Assembly (NCBI GenBank): GCA_965649205.1
Contig: CBFGJV010000002.1
Location: forward strand, 32,001 to 96,000
DNA from: a candidate division WOR-3 bacterium
GTDB lineage: Bacteria; Hydrothermota; Tepidihabitantia; Tepidihabitantales; Tepidihabitantaceae
Direction of reading: 5' to 3'
Length of the DNA stretch: 64,000 bases
The position numbers and the translations under genes were made by a program. The notes beneath the pieces are model-generated. The model searched no databases, was not told where the DNA came from, and saw only the letters and a program-made list of their open reading frames with translations. Positions within the stretch are counted from its first letter, which is position 1. Every line of letters starts with the position of its first letter. Shown here piece by piece: positions 1 through 8,940 of this stretch.

Positions 1-330
1 ATAACTCTCGCCGACACGATAGCGCCACTCAAAACTGAAATAGTAACGGTGAACGGTTCGAAGATGCTTAAAATCAGTGGCAACGCACCGGACAAAGTTA
101 ACTGGCTAGGCATTTCTTTCTACAAGGAGAAATACGTTGATGCGGTGCTGGACGGCGAGTACCAGATGCTTTCCCTCCCCCGCGGCAGGTTTTCGCAGAC
201 CATTCCCATACCTAAGGGTTACGAAACCGGCTCCTACGAAGTTGCGGTGTGGCAGAAGGTTATTTCCCGGAAGCGGGTATTCCGGCTGGGTACTCAGCTG
301 GCATACAAAGAAGGCAAGATTGGAGAGTAA
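1..330 (+). CDS. Hypothetical protein, 5'-truncated by the window edge; first visible gene of the PqqD/ATP-grasp operon
   Basis: Frame 1 is open from base 1 (ITLADTIAPLKTEIVTVNGSK...) to TAA at 328-330; the next gene starts 3 nt later. Confidence 0.6.
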   Translation: MTLADTIAPLKTEIVTVNGSKMLKISGNAPDKVNWLGISFYKEKYVDAVLDGEYQMLSLPRGRFSQTIPIPKGYETGSYEVAVWQKVISRKRVFRLGTQLAYKEGKIGE

Positions 331-333
331 AAC

Positions 334-591
334 GTGGCACAGAGACAATCAAAATTGAAGAGTTTGTATTTGTCCGATAGTGGTTTCTTGTTCGATCCCT
401 ACACCGGTCTGACCTATGGTTTGAACGAGACCGGGGCGACCATTCTGCGGTGGTTGCGTGAGGGACTGGACAAGAGTTCGGTTGCGAAGAAGTTGACCGA
501 AGAGTTCGACGTACCGCTAGAAACCGCCCAAGCGGATGTTGAGGAGTTCTACGACCGGTTACAGCAACAGGGGCTGCTATGGACAAGATAG
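334..591 (+). CDS. PqqD-family / RiPP recognition element (RRE) protein
   Basis: 85 aa with the PqqD pattern LFDPxTGxxYxLNETGAxIxxxL...L.EEFDV..E.A..DV.EF...L...GLL; GGAG upstream of GTG. Confidence 0.85.
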   Translation: MAQRQSKLKSLYLSDSGFLFDPYTGLTYGLNETGATILRWLREGLDKSSVAKKLTEEFDVPLETAQADVEEFYDRLQQQGLLWTR

Positions 592-1631
592 ATTTTGCCG
601 TTACTGGTCTGCACGCAACGGACAATCCTGCTCCGGGGATAGCGGTAATACGTGCGATTCGTTCAGCGCCGCAGTGGCAGGGTAAGGTCGTGGGCTTGGC
701 ATATGATGCATTGGACACAGGTATTTACGACCCGGAGTTATGCGACCGGGTTTTCTTGATTCCTTATGCGACCGAGGGTGAACGAGCACTTCTGGCCCGG
801 TTGGAATACATCTATAGCGTTCAGCCGTTCTCGGTCTTGATCCCGACGCTCGATGCTGAACTCACCGGTTTCATCCGTCTGCGGCACGAACTTGAGCCTA
901 TGGGCATTCGCATGCTCCTGCCTACTGAGGAACAACTGGGTCTGCGGTCCAAGCAGAGGCTGGGCGATTTTGCCCACAGTCACGGTATACCCTTTCTCGC
1001 GACGCTTACTGTTACCACGCCGGAGATGCTCGCTGACGCGATGGAAAAACTCGGCACGCCAGTAGTAGTGAAGGGTTGTTTCTACGAGGCGCAGGTGTGC
1101 TATACGTTTGAACACGCCCAGACCGCATTTGCTTCTATTGCCGCCCGCTGGGGCCTGCCGGCGCTGTGCCAGGCTCACTTGTCCGGGGAGGAGTATGACG
1201 TATGCGCGCTCGGTGACAAGAAAGGAAAATTAAACGGAGCTGTGGCGATGCGTAAACTAAGACTCACCGACAAGGGCAAGGCTTGGGCAGGAATAACTGT
1301 GTGCGACGAAGAACTGCTTGACTTGACCCGAACAGTGGTTGAGGGACTCAACTGGACTGGGCCGATGGAGATTGAGTTCATTCGCTCCACTGCCGATGGC
1401 CGATTCCACCTGTTTGAGATTAACCCGCGATTTCCGGCTTGGTGTTACCTCACTGCGGGTGCGGGGCTCAATCTGCCTTACCGCTATCTCCAGCTGGCTC
1501 AGGACCGTGAGGTTCAACCCTCATTGGAGTATCGGCCCGGCACTATATTCGTCCGACACGCAACCGATATAATATGTCCGCTCGACATTCTGGAATCTTT
1601 GACTACTAAAGGCGAGGTGAAACGTGGCTAG
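579..1631 (+). CDS. ATP-grasp ligase (carbamoyl-phosphate synthase-like single ATP-grasp)
   Basis: Motifs IPTLDAEL, PVVVKG, GEEYDV, EIEF and FEINPRFP; overlaps the PqqD gene. Confidence 0.85.
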   Translation: MDKIDFAVTGLHATDNPAPGIAVIRAIRSAPQWQGKVVGLAYDALDTGIYDPELCDRVFLIPYATEGERALLARLEYIYSVQPFSVLIPTLDAELTGFIRLRHELEPMGIRMLLPTEEQLGLRSKQRLGDFAHSHGIPFLATLTVTTPEMLADAMEKLGTPVVVKGCFYEAQVCYTFEHAQTAFASIAARWGLPALCQAHLSGEEYDVCALGDKKGKLNGAVAMRKLRLTDKGKAWAGITVCDEELLDLTRTVVEGLNWTGPMEIEFIRSTADGRFHLFEINPRFPAWCYLTAGAGLNLPYRYLQLAQDREVQPSLEYRPGTIFVRHATDIICPLDILESLTTKGEVKRG

Positions 1632-3003
1632 ACAGCAGGAAAAAGTCAGAAAGACTTACAGCAAACCCTCCATTGCGCGGCACACGGTCAGTCTGATGGG
1701 CAAGCCGGGAATGGGCAAGCCTGGACGGGTTCCCGGCATTTCCACCGTAAAGCAGTTTGAGGGCCACCAGGTAGCGGAACTGGTTACCAAGTTTGGCTCA
1801 CCACTCTTTGTGGGTTCAGAACGGATACTGCGCGAACGGTATCAGAAACTGTATCGGGCGTTCTCAACCAGATATCCCAATTTTCAAGTAGCCTGGTCAT
1901 ATAAGACCAATTACCTGAAGGCAGTATGCAGTCTGTACCACAAACTGGGCGCCTGGGCCGAGGTAGTTTCCGGATTTGAGTACGAGTTGGCTCGTCGATT
2001 GGGTCGTCCTGGGCCGGAGATAATCTTCAACGGTCCGTATAAGGACGAGGCTGAACTGGAGCGGGCATTCCGGGACGGCGCCTTAGTGCACGCCGACAAT
2101 CACGATGAGTTGAGTCGTATGGAGATGGTGGCGGGTCGCACAGGTATGGAGCCCCAGATTGGGATTCGGGTTAATCTAGACTGCGGCATGTATCCACCTT
2201 GGAGCCGGTTCGGCTTCAATCTGGAATCTGGCGAGGCGTTCCAAGCCGCGCGCCGTATCAAAAATTCACCCCGGCTGAAACTGGTCGGTTTGCACTGTCA
2301 CATCGGCACGTTCATCCTTGATCCCGAGCTGTATCGCCGGGCCAGCGCTAAACTTGCTAATTTTGCCCGCGCCCTTGAAGCTGAATTGGGAATAGAGGTA
2401 AAATATCTAGACCTCGGCGGCGGGTTCTGCTCCGAGAATACGTTGCACACCCAGTGGTTGCCGGGCACTCAGGCCAATCCGACTATTGACCAGTTTGCTG
2501 AGGCAGTGACCGGTCCCTTGATGGAAATTGACTACCCTCCCGACAAGAGGCCATTGCTTATCACCGAGCCGGGCCGGGCGCTGGTGGACGATGGATTTGT
2601 CCTTATTTCTACTGTCGTAGCAGGGAGGCGCATGCCCGACGGCAGACCCAGTATTGTGATTGACGCAGGCGTGAACATCCTATTTACCTCTTTCTGGTAT
2701 AAGCATGAGGTAGCACCGGACAGCGACAGTAGTTTCATTTCCGAATTGACTGCAGTGTACGGGCCGCTGTGTATGAACATTGACCTGGTTCATCCCGCAG
2801 CCCTTCTGCCTCCTCTTTCTTTGGGAACGCACCTGGTGTTTCGGCATGTTGGCGCGTACAATATGACCCAGTGGATGCAGTTTATTCGGCTGCGACCCGC
2901 GGTAGTGATGGTGATGCAGGACGGCTCGGTTGAGATACTGCGCGAGGCTGAGACCGTCGACTACGTACAGGAACTGGAGCGCGTTCCGGAATTACTCCGG
3001 TGA
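1624..3003 (+). CDS. PLP-dependent fold-type III decarboxylase (diaminopimelate decarboxylase-like) with N-terminal extension
   Basis: YKTN (PLP lysine), EVVSGFE, FNGPYK, HCHIGT, DLGGGF, EPGRAL, GPLCMNID, GAY. Confidence 0.85.
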   Translation: MARQQEKVRKTYSKPSIARHTVSLMGKPGMGKPGRVPGISTVKQFEGHQVAELVTKFGSPLFVGSERILRERYQKLYRAFSTRYPNFQVAWSYKTNYLKAVCSLYHKLGAWAEVVSGFEYELARRLGRPGPEIIFNGPYKDEAELERAFRDGALVHADNHDELSRMEMVAGRTGMEPQIGIRVNLDCGMYPPWSRFGFNLESGEAFQAARRIKNSPRLKLVGLHCHIGTFILDPELYRRASAKLANFARALEAELGIEVKYLDLGGGFCSENTLHTQWLPGTQANPTIDQFAEAVTGPLMEIDYPPDKRPLLITEPGRALVDDGFVLISTVVAGRRMPDGRPSIVIDAGVNILFTSFWYKHEVAPDSDSSFISELTAVYGPLCMNIDLVHPAALLPPLSLGTHLVFRHVGAYNMTQWMQFIRLRPAVVMVMQDGSVEILREAETVDYVQELERVPELLR

Positions 3004-3016
3004 TGCCGTAGTGTCA

Positions 3017-4555
3017 ATGGCGTTGGCGGAAGTATTCCGGCTTGGCCGGCGTCTAGTTCGGGTCACGCTTGTCTCTTACGCCCAAGTACTCTTCTCCAGC
3101 CGGCCCGCTGCGGGGTGTTTCTTTCTTGCCGCTTCTTTTGTCTTTGACCCTTTGGTCGGTGCAACAGGACTGGTAGCAGCCATTTCCGCAAATTTGGCCG
3201 GGCTTGGGCTCTGGCATGACCGGGTTCGCTGGGAACTGGGCCTGGCCGGGTACAACGGGGTTTTACTGGGATTAGCCCTGGGCTTACTTTTGCCGCACAG
3301 CCGCCTCGTGTTTCTTCTGGCAGTTGTCGGCGGAGTAGTCTCTGCCGTGGCCACCGAGAGGCTGTATCATAGCCTCCGGCGCTGGAACTTGCCCGTGCTG
3401 GGCCTGCCTTTTCTTTTCTTTGCGTGGCTGATGTTCGCCGCTGTGCCCGATGGCGCCGTCCCTCGTTCACCCTTGCTTGACCTGCCAGTACCTGGCATCG
3501 CGGCCGAAACACTCAAGGCGTTCGGCGCAACATTTTTTTCTCCTGGTGTTCTGTCCGGCGCTCTCGTTCTGGCTGGCTTGTTTATTGCTTCGCGCATCAG
3601 CTCCGCTGCCGGATTGGCCGGTGCCCTGCTGGCTGTGGTCGTGGGCCTGTTTCGGCCCTCATCCGTGACGTTGTCTCTGAATTTGATAATAACTTCGGTT
3701 GGCCTATCCTTCTTCCTTGCGCCACGCTTGCGGGCCATATGGCAGGTACTTATGGGAATGTTTCTAACACTTGGACTGGTGCTGGTGATGGAACCCGCGG
3801 CTAGAGCAGTACGCTTGCCTTTACTGATATTACCTCTCACTTGTACCCTGTTTCTGTTTCTGCTCCTTGGCCGATGGCCACGCTCGGGCGTGAGGTTAGT
3901 ACCTATCCGATTACTCAGCAATCCGGAGGAACATCTACGCATCTACCGGAATTACGTTCCCGTAGCTCTTCGCCTTCCTTTTTGGGGCACCTGGTATGTG
4001 AGTCAGGGCATACGTGGTAAAGAGACACACAAAGGCCGATTGGCTTATGCGTGGGACTTCCAGGTGCAGGATGAACGCGGCCGTACCTTTCAGACTCCCG
4101 GGTATAGACTGAGCGATTATTACGCATTTGGGCTTCCGGTGTGCGCGCCGGCTCCGGGTCGGGTGGTAGCCGTAGAAAATGAAATACCGGACAATCCGCC
4201 TGGCAAATTAAACAAAGAGAAAAATTGGGGCAACTACGTAGTGATAGAACACAACGCTGTGGAGTATTCAATTCTTGCTCACCTGCAACAGGGGTCGGTA
4301 AAGGTGAAGAAGGGCGACAAAGTGGCCGCGGGCACGGTTATCGGACTGTGCGGCAACTCCGGATATTCCGGCCAGCCGCACTTACACTACCAACTGCAGG
4401 ACGGCCCAATACCAGGTAGTGATACGTTGGCGACGGAATTTCACAATTACTTGGTGCTGGAACGCGGGCAAGAACGTTTCGTGCCCCGCGGCCGGACGCG
4501 AGAGGGAGAAGTGGTTAGGCCAGCATCGCCTTCTGAAATGCGAGCCGCGTTATGA
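3017..4555 (+). CDS. Urea transporter (UT) family membrane domain fused to a C-terminal M23 metallopeptidase
   Basis: About 10 hydrophobic segments with SYAQVLFS and GLAGYNGVLLGL (UT-like); C-terminal TH...AWDF, APAPGRVV, WGNYVVIEH, GNSGYS..PHLHYQ (M23). Start taken at ATG 3017 rather than the ORF-track 2930. Confidence 0.8.
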   Translation: MALAEVFRLGRRLVRVTLVSYAQVLFSSRPAAGCFFLAASFVFDPLVGATGLVAAISANLAGLGLWHDRVRWELGLAGYNGVLLGLALGLLLPHSRLVFLLAVVGGVVSAVATERLYHSLRRWNLPVLGLPFLFFAWLMFAAVPDGAVPRSPLLDLPVPGIAAETLKAFGATFFSPGVLSGALVLAGLFIASRISSAAGLAGALLAVVVGLFRPSSVTLSLNLIITSVGLSFFLAPRLRAIWQVLMGMFLTLGLVLVMEPAARAVRLPLLILPLTCTLFLFLLLGRWPRSGVRLVPIRLLSNPEEHLRIYRNYVPVALRLPFWGTWYVSQGIRGKETHKGRLAYAWDFQVQDERGRTFQTPGYRLSDYYAFGLPVCAPAPGRVVAVENEIPDNPPGKLNKEKNWGNYVVIEHNAVEYSILAHLQQGSVKVKKGDKVAAGTVIGLCGNSGYSGQPHLHYQLQDGPIPGSDTLATEFHNYLVLERGQERFVPRGRTREGEVVRPASPSEMRAAL

Positions 4556-5544
4556 GCCTGCTGATTGTTCTACTGTTTTTTGCGCGGACCGAGTCAGGGG
4601 AACTGAGTTCTGAATACTTGGCTGCTATCAGACGCGCAGACAGTCTGTACTGGGCCGGCCGGTACCAGGCGGCCCTGATTGCTTACGAAACCGCGCAAAA
4701 TATTCTGCCCGACGAACCTGGGCCCCAGGTTGGTATCGGCTGGACTCTGTTGCGCATGTCTGAGTACGCGCGTGCCGAAGAGGTTCTGCGCCGGGTGCTT
4801 GAGCTTCACCCGGACAACGAACAAGCCCGCAGGGGCCTCGCGCTTCTGCCTTTGTTCTACCGCGTCAGGTTGACGGCTACGCTGACCGGCAGTTCTGACG
4901 CGGCGCGCATCCTGGCTGGTTTCCTTGAGTACAACCACCTATTTCGGACAACTTTCACCGTTGGCGTCCAGAACATCTCCTTACGCGGCGGCTGGAACGG
5001 AATGAACGCCGCGCTGGTTGTTTTTCACCGTTTGCGTTATCCCTGGTCTGTTCGGCTCGACGTTTTTCTCTTGGCCTCAACCAGCGACCGTGCTTATCGC
5101 AGATACGTCTACGCGCCTTCCTTAGGATATCGTTGGCGCGAATGGAATACACGCGCCGTTTGCTTCGGCTGGGACCGGCTGGGCACGGTTGGCCTACAAC
5201 TAGACATCCAGCATCCCCTGCCGTTTGGCCTGGACTTCCACGCCACGCCGACGCTTAACCGTTCGGGTGATTCTCTGGGGTGGTTCATTCCCGCCTCGGT
5301 CAGCCGGCAGCTGACGCCCTATCTGCGCACTCAGGCCATGGCCGGCTGGGGCTCCATTGCGGATTACATTGACCTTGATGTACCAGCGCTCTACAACCAG
5401 TGGGAACGCTTCACGGCGACTGCCCGGCTTGGGGCCGATGCTACCATTGTCCGCAGGTTCCGTCTCGCCGCCTTCGTCACTTGGGAGAAATACAGCACTT
5501 CCCATAGTATTTTCCTTTCTTTTGTCCTTTCGGCTCGTTTCTAG
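4552..5544 (+). CDS. Exported TPR protein with probable C-terminal outer-membrane beta-barrel
   Basis: Short hydrophobic N-terminus, TPR-like helices (GRYQAALIAYE...EYARAEEVLRRVLELHPDNEQA), alternating beta strands, terminal Phe; ATGA coupling to the upstream gene. Confidence 0.65.
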   Translation: MSLLIVLLFFARTESGELSSEYLAAIRRADSLYWAGRYQAALIAYETAQNILPDEPGPQVGIGWTLLRMSEYARAEEVLRRVLELHPDNEQARRGLALLPLFYRVRLTATLTGSSDAARILAGFLEYNHLFRTTFTVGVQNISLRGGWNGMNAALVVFHRLRYPWSVRLDVFLLASTSDRAYRRYVYAPSLGYRWREWNTRAVCFGWDRLGTVGLQLDIQHPLPFGLDFHATPTLNRSGDSLGWFIPASVSRQLTPYLRTQAMAGWGSIADYIDLDVPALYNQWERFTATARLGADATIVRRFRLAAFVTWEKYSTSHSIFLSFVLSARF

Positions 5545-5557
5545 TGGGTACGGACTG

Positions 5558-5594
5558 AAAAAAAAGAGGTGTCGCCTGCTCAAAGGCGACACCT
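5558..5594 (-). terminator. Rho-independent terminator between convergent genes
   Basis: Stem AGGTGTCGCCT/AGGCGACACCT with a 6-nt loop, followed by a T8 run on the minus strand. Confidence 0.8.
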
Positions 5595-5612
5595 GTTTGG
5601 AGATAGCGGTTT

Positions 5613-8462
5613 TTAGAACTTCACTACCTTCTGTCGGTAACCAGCCTCGCCTGTTTCCAGACGGATAAAGTATACGCCGGGAGCAACGTTGCGTGTGTTC
5701 CAGAGTAGTTTATGTTGTCCTGCCGGTCTAGCCTCGTCGGTTAGACACTCTACTTCGCGTCCGGCTGCGTCCAGAACCGAGATACGCACCCGGCCAGCTT
5801 TGGTCAGTTGGTAGTTTATTCCTGTCTGGCTAGCAAAAGGATTAGGTTTTACTGCCAGTACGATTTCTTTTGCTTCGGCGGGCGTGCGGGGTCCGGCCAG
5901 ACCTACATTGCGGTCATACCAGGACTGGGCCGAATCGGCGTTCTGGCGAATTTCACTTCCGCTAGTTCCACCAACAAAGGCGATGGCGAAATGCTGACGT
6001 GCGCCAGGTGACAGATTGAAGGGGCCGGAGGAAACGCATATAGACCAGTCGTAGGCTCGGTTGGAATTAGGCTGGCTGATGGTTCCGTTCAGAAACCTCC
6101 ACTTCTGGCCGTCGGTCATACAGGAGTCTGGATAAACATAACGAGCGTGGTCAATTGCGGCTGTCCGAGCGCCGGTGGTGGGAGAAAGTATTTTGACTCC
6201 AACTGAAGGATTGGCACTGGTAGATGGTCGCATGAAGGCAAGTCTGCGGGACACATCGCTGGAGCAGATGTTGGCTGTGGCTGTACCGATGTCAAAGTCC
6301 GCGATTATGCCGGCGTACATGCCGTTGACCGCAGAAGAGCCATTGTTGGTAATGTCGAAAGTCATTACCACGAAGTCATCGTAACCCGGCGAAGCTACTT
6401 GATAACTTTGCTGGGTGACGACTATGCCCTTGGCTGCGGGATGTCCGGCATCAGAATACGAGCCGCGGAAATGCTGGTCTGCGCCATTAGCCGGAGGCAT
6501 GACCGGCCGCAAACTTTCTTGCGGCATCAGGTCTTGATTAGGCGCGCCCGAGGCAGGGCGGCTGAAGAAACGGTCGGCCAGATATGTTTCGCTGTTGCCC
6601 ATGGCAAAGCTGCTGTAGAACAGCTGGCTGGCACCGGTTTTGGGATAACAGAAGCCAGCGCCAGCATCCAGTCCGGGTGGTACATCATAGCCGATAGAAC
6701 CCTGACAGGACACGGTGAGCTTGCAGTAACCGGTGTCATGGGTCATAAGCAGTTCACCCTGTACCGGCGGCTGACCTACTACCAGGCTGAAGGTGGTTGT
6801 GAAGGTGGTCTCATCGCAGACAAGGAAGAGGCTGAAAGGCACGCTTCTGCCTTCCGGACAGTTACCAGCAACAAGCAGACCGAAAAGGTCCCCGCTGTTA
6901 TTTGCACTGTCGCGGCCGGCTATGTTACCGAAGTTTGCGGTGGAATCGGTCAGAACCAGATAGGGATCAGAGGTGCGCAAGGTGCCGCGCACATTCGTCG
7001 CTCCCACAGTGGAGAAGTTACGCAGATATGCGACTAGGTTAGCGTTTTCGCCAGGATCCAGCCTGCCGTTGCCATTTCCGTCATTGATAACGCGCGTACG
7101 GGAAAGAGAAAGCAAGGGTTGGGTAGCAGAGCCGGTGCGGTCCAGTGCGGCTTTGCAGTTGAGTCTGCCCCAGCCGTAATTGTTGTTGGGATAAGGTGCG
7201 CCGCCAGAGGGTCTGTCGGCCCAGTCGGTGAGCAGTACGAAGATTTCGTCGTGGGTGAGGGTAGGTTTTTTCTGTAGGAGCAGAGCGGCTGCGCCGGCCA
7301 CGTGCGGGCAGGCCATGGAAGTTCCATCCATGGTGGTGTAACCGCCACCCCGGGTGGCAGAACGTACACCTGAGCCCGGAGCTGCAATGCTCGGGTTTAT
7401 CAGGTTCCAATCTGACCTTGGCCAGTAACGAGTTTCATTCCAGGGTGACTGATTCAGGGCCGGGCCGCGCGAAGAGAAACTGGAAATAGCGTCGGTGCTG
7501 GTGGTGGAGCCTACGCCTATCATTATGGGATACGATCCCGGCGGGTTGGAAGTATTCGGATTCGGTCCGGAGTTGCCAATGGACGCAACGCAGACAATAC
7601 CCAAACTGCGCAGATTGTTGAAAGCGTTGAACCAGGCAGTAGTTGTTCTATCTCCAGAGCCCCAGGAGTTAGAAATAACCTGAGGTCGACCTGTTCCGGC
7701 CATCCAGTCCAGACAGGCAGAAATCCAGCTTGACTGTCCACTTCCGGAAGAATTGAAAGCCTTGGCGCAGATAAAGGTGGCGCCTGGGGCCACACCGATG
7801 TCATCTACGGCCGGACCAAGACCATCGCCTCCGCAAATGGTGCCCATCGTGTGGGTCCCATGGCCGTTGTCGTCGTAGGGGCTGGCCTGCCCGTTTACAG
7901 CGTCGAACCAACCATTAGTGGAACGCCAGCGGCCTTGGAAAGCCGGATGACTCACTTCTACACCAGTGTCCACATTTCCTACCACGACGCCGGTACCGTC
8001 AATGCCTACGGCCCAGCAGGAGTCGGCTTTCACCTTGCTGATATTCCAGCCGGGTGCGTCCGGCTCGCTGGAAGGTACGGGGTCATCGAGCTGGACGATG
8101 AAATCGTCCATTACATACTCCACGTCCTCACGCGCAGCCAGGGCGCGGATTATATCCGGGGTGGCAGAGAGGGCGATTTTGCTTTCCAGCCAGAAACTGC
8201 GGATATTCGCCGCGTCGGTCTGGGCTAGAAAGGCAAGAATGCCTCGCTGTGCCTCCTGGGCGATACGTTGTAGATACTCAATTTTCTCGTCGTAGGTAGC
8301 ACTCGGTCCGAGCTTGTTCAGGTCAGCCTGCAGAGCGGTTTTGACTACTATGTCAATTTTCTGGTCCGGTTGTGCCGAAGCGAGTATTTGCTCCAGTTCC
8401 GGCACAATCGTCCCGCCGAACGCCATGGCGCATAGCGCCAGGCACACTACTAAATGCCTCAC
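5613..8462 (-). CDS. Secreted S8 (subtilisin-like) serine peptidase with propeptide and T9SS/FlgD-type C-terminal domain
   Basis: Signal peptide; triad motifs VDTG, HGTHTMG, GTSMACPHVAG; C-terminal PNPF...DAAGR...PGVYF; AGGAGG RBS. Confidence 0.9.
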   Translation of the reverse strand: MRHLVVCLALCAMAFGGTIVPELEQILASAQPDQKIDIVVKTALQADLNKLGPSATYDEKIEYLQRIAQEAQRGILAFLAQTDAANIRSFWLESKIALSATPDIIRALAAREDVEYVMDDFIVQLDDPVPSSEPDAPGWNISKVKADSCWAVGIDGTGVVVGNVDTGVEVSHPAFQGRWRSTNGWFDAVNGQASPYDDNGHGTHTMGTICGGDGLGPAVDDIGVAPGATFICAKAFNSSGSGQSSWISACLDWMAGTGRPQVISNSWGSGDRTTTAWFNAFNNLRSLGIVCVASIGNSGPNPNTSNPPGSYPIMIGVGSTTSTDAISSFSSRGPALNQSPWNETRYWPRSDWNLINPSIAAPGSGVRSATRGGGYTTMDGTSMACPHVAGAAALLLQKKPTLTHDEIFVLLTDWADRPSGGAPYPNNNYGWGRLNCKAALDRTGSATQPLLSLSRTRVINDGNGNGRLDPGENANLVAYLRNFSTVGATNVRGTLRTSDPYLVLTDSTANFGNIAGRDSANNSGDLFGLLVAGNCPEGRSVPFSLFLVCDETTFTTTFSLVVGQPPVQGELLMTHDTGYCKLTVSCQGSIGYDVPPGLDAGAGFCYPKTGASQLFYSSFAMGNSETYLADRFFSRPASGAPNQDLMPQESLRPVMPPANGADQHFRGSYSDAGHPAAKGIVVTQQSYQVASPGYDDFVVMTFDITNNGSSAVNGMYAGIIADFDIGTATANICSSDVSRRLAFMRPSTSANPSVGVKILSPTTGARTAAIDHARYVYPDSCMTDGQKWRFLNGTISQPNSNRAYDWSICVSSGPFNLSPGARQHFAIAFVGGTSGSEIRQNADSAQSWYDRNVGLAGPRTPAEAKEIVLAVKPNPFASQTGINYQLTKAGRVRISVLDAAGREVECLTDEARPAGQHKLLWNTRNVAPGVYFIRLETGEAGYRQKVVKF

Positions 8463-8559
8463 GGCACCTCCTGTGATTAGAACTACGAAGCCCTAAACTA
8501 GACAAGACCACAAGGACAGGTTTATCCTGCTTGGGTCTATCAAGCTGCTTCGCCCTGAT

Positions 8560-8587
8560 AGTCTAACACGGAGAGTTTTCTAGTCAA
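8560..8587 (-). promoter_or_regulatory. Sigma70-type promoter of the S8 peptidase gene
   Basis: TTGACT-N16-TAGACT. Confidence 0.55.
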
Positions 8588-8940
8588 TACGCATCTGTCC
8601 GATGCACAAAAGCAAAAGGACAATGCCATAGAGTAGTAATGGCACAGGAAAATGGCACTCTTAACTGGCAGATGCCGTGTCGGTCTTTGTTGTATCCAGA
8701 GGAGGTATGGGAGCGATTATCCGGGAGATTTGCGCAGTTGTAGGCAGACGCAAGCGGGAAGGAGACTGGTTGAGCAGGCGGCTACTGACCTCGCAAGCAG
8801 GAGAGCGGGATTGCTGCCAAGTGGTCAGGGCAGGAACTGTTGAGAGAGCTGGGTGGATAGCAGGGCGGGAGGTATTAGGGTTGGCAGACTGAGCTCAGAG
8901 GTAGAGGGCTTCGGGAGGTGCTTAGACAGGAATTTGCCGG

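Noticed and set aside
334..591. PQQ biosynthesis or lasso-peptide cluster
   Set aside because: No pqqA/B/C/E, lasso cyclase or transglutaminase-like peptidase in the window
1624..3003. Naming the decarboxylase lysA
   Set aside because: The fold is clear but the substrate is not; the context and N-terminal tail differ from housekeeping LysA
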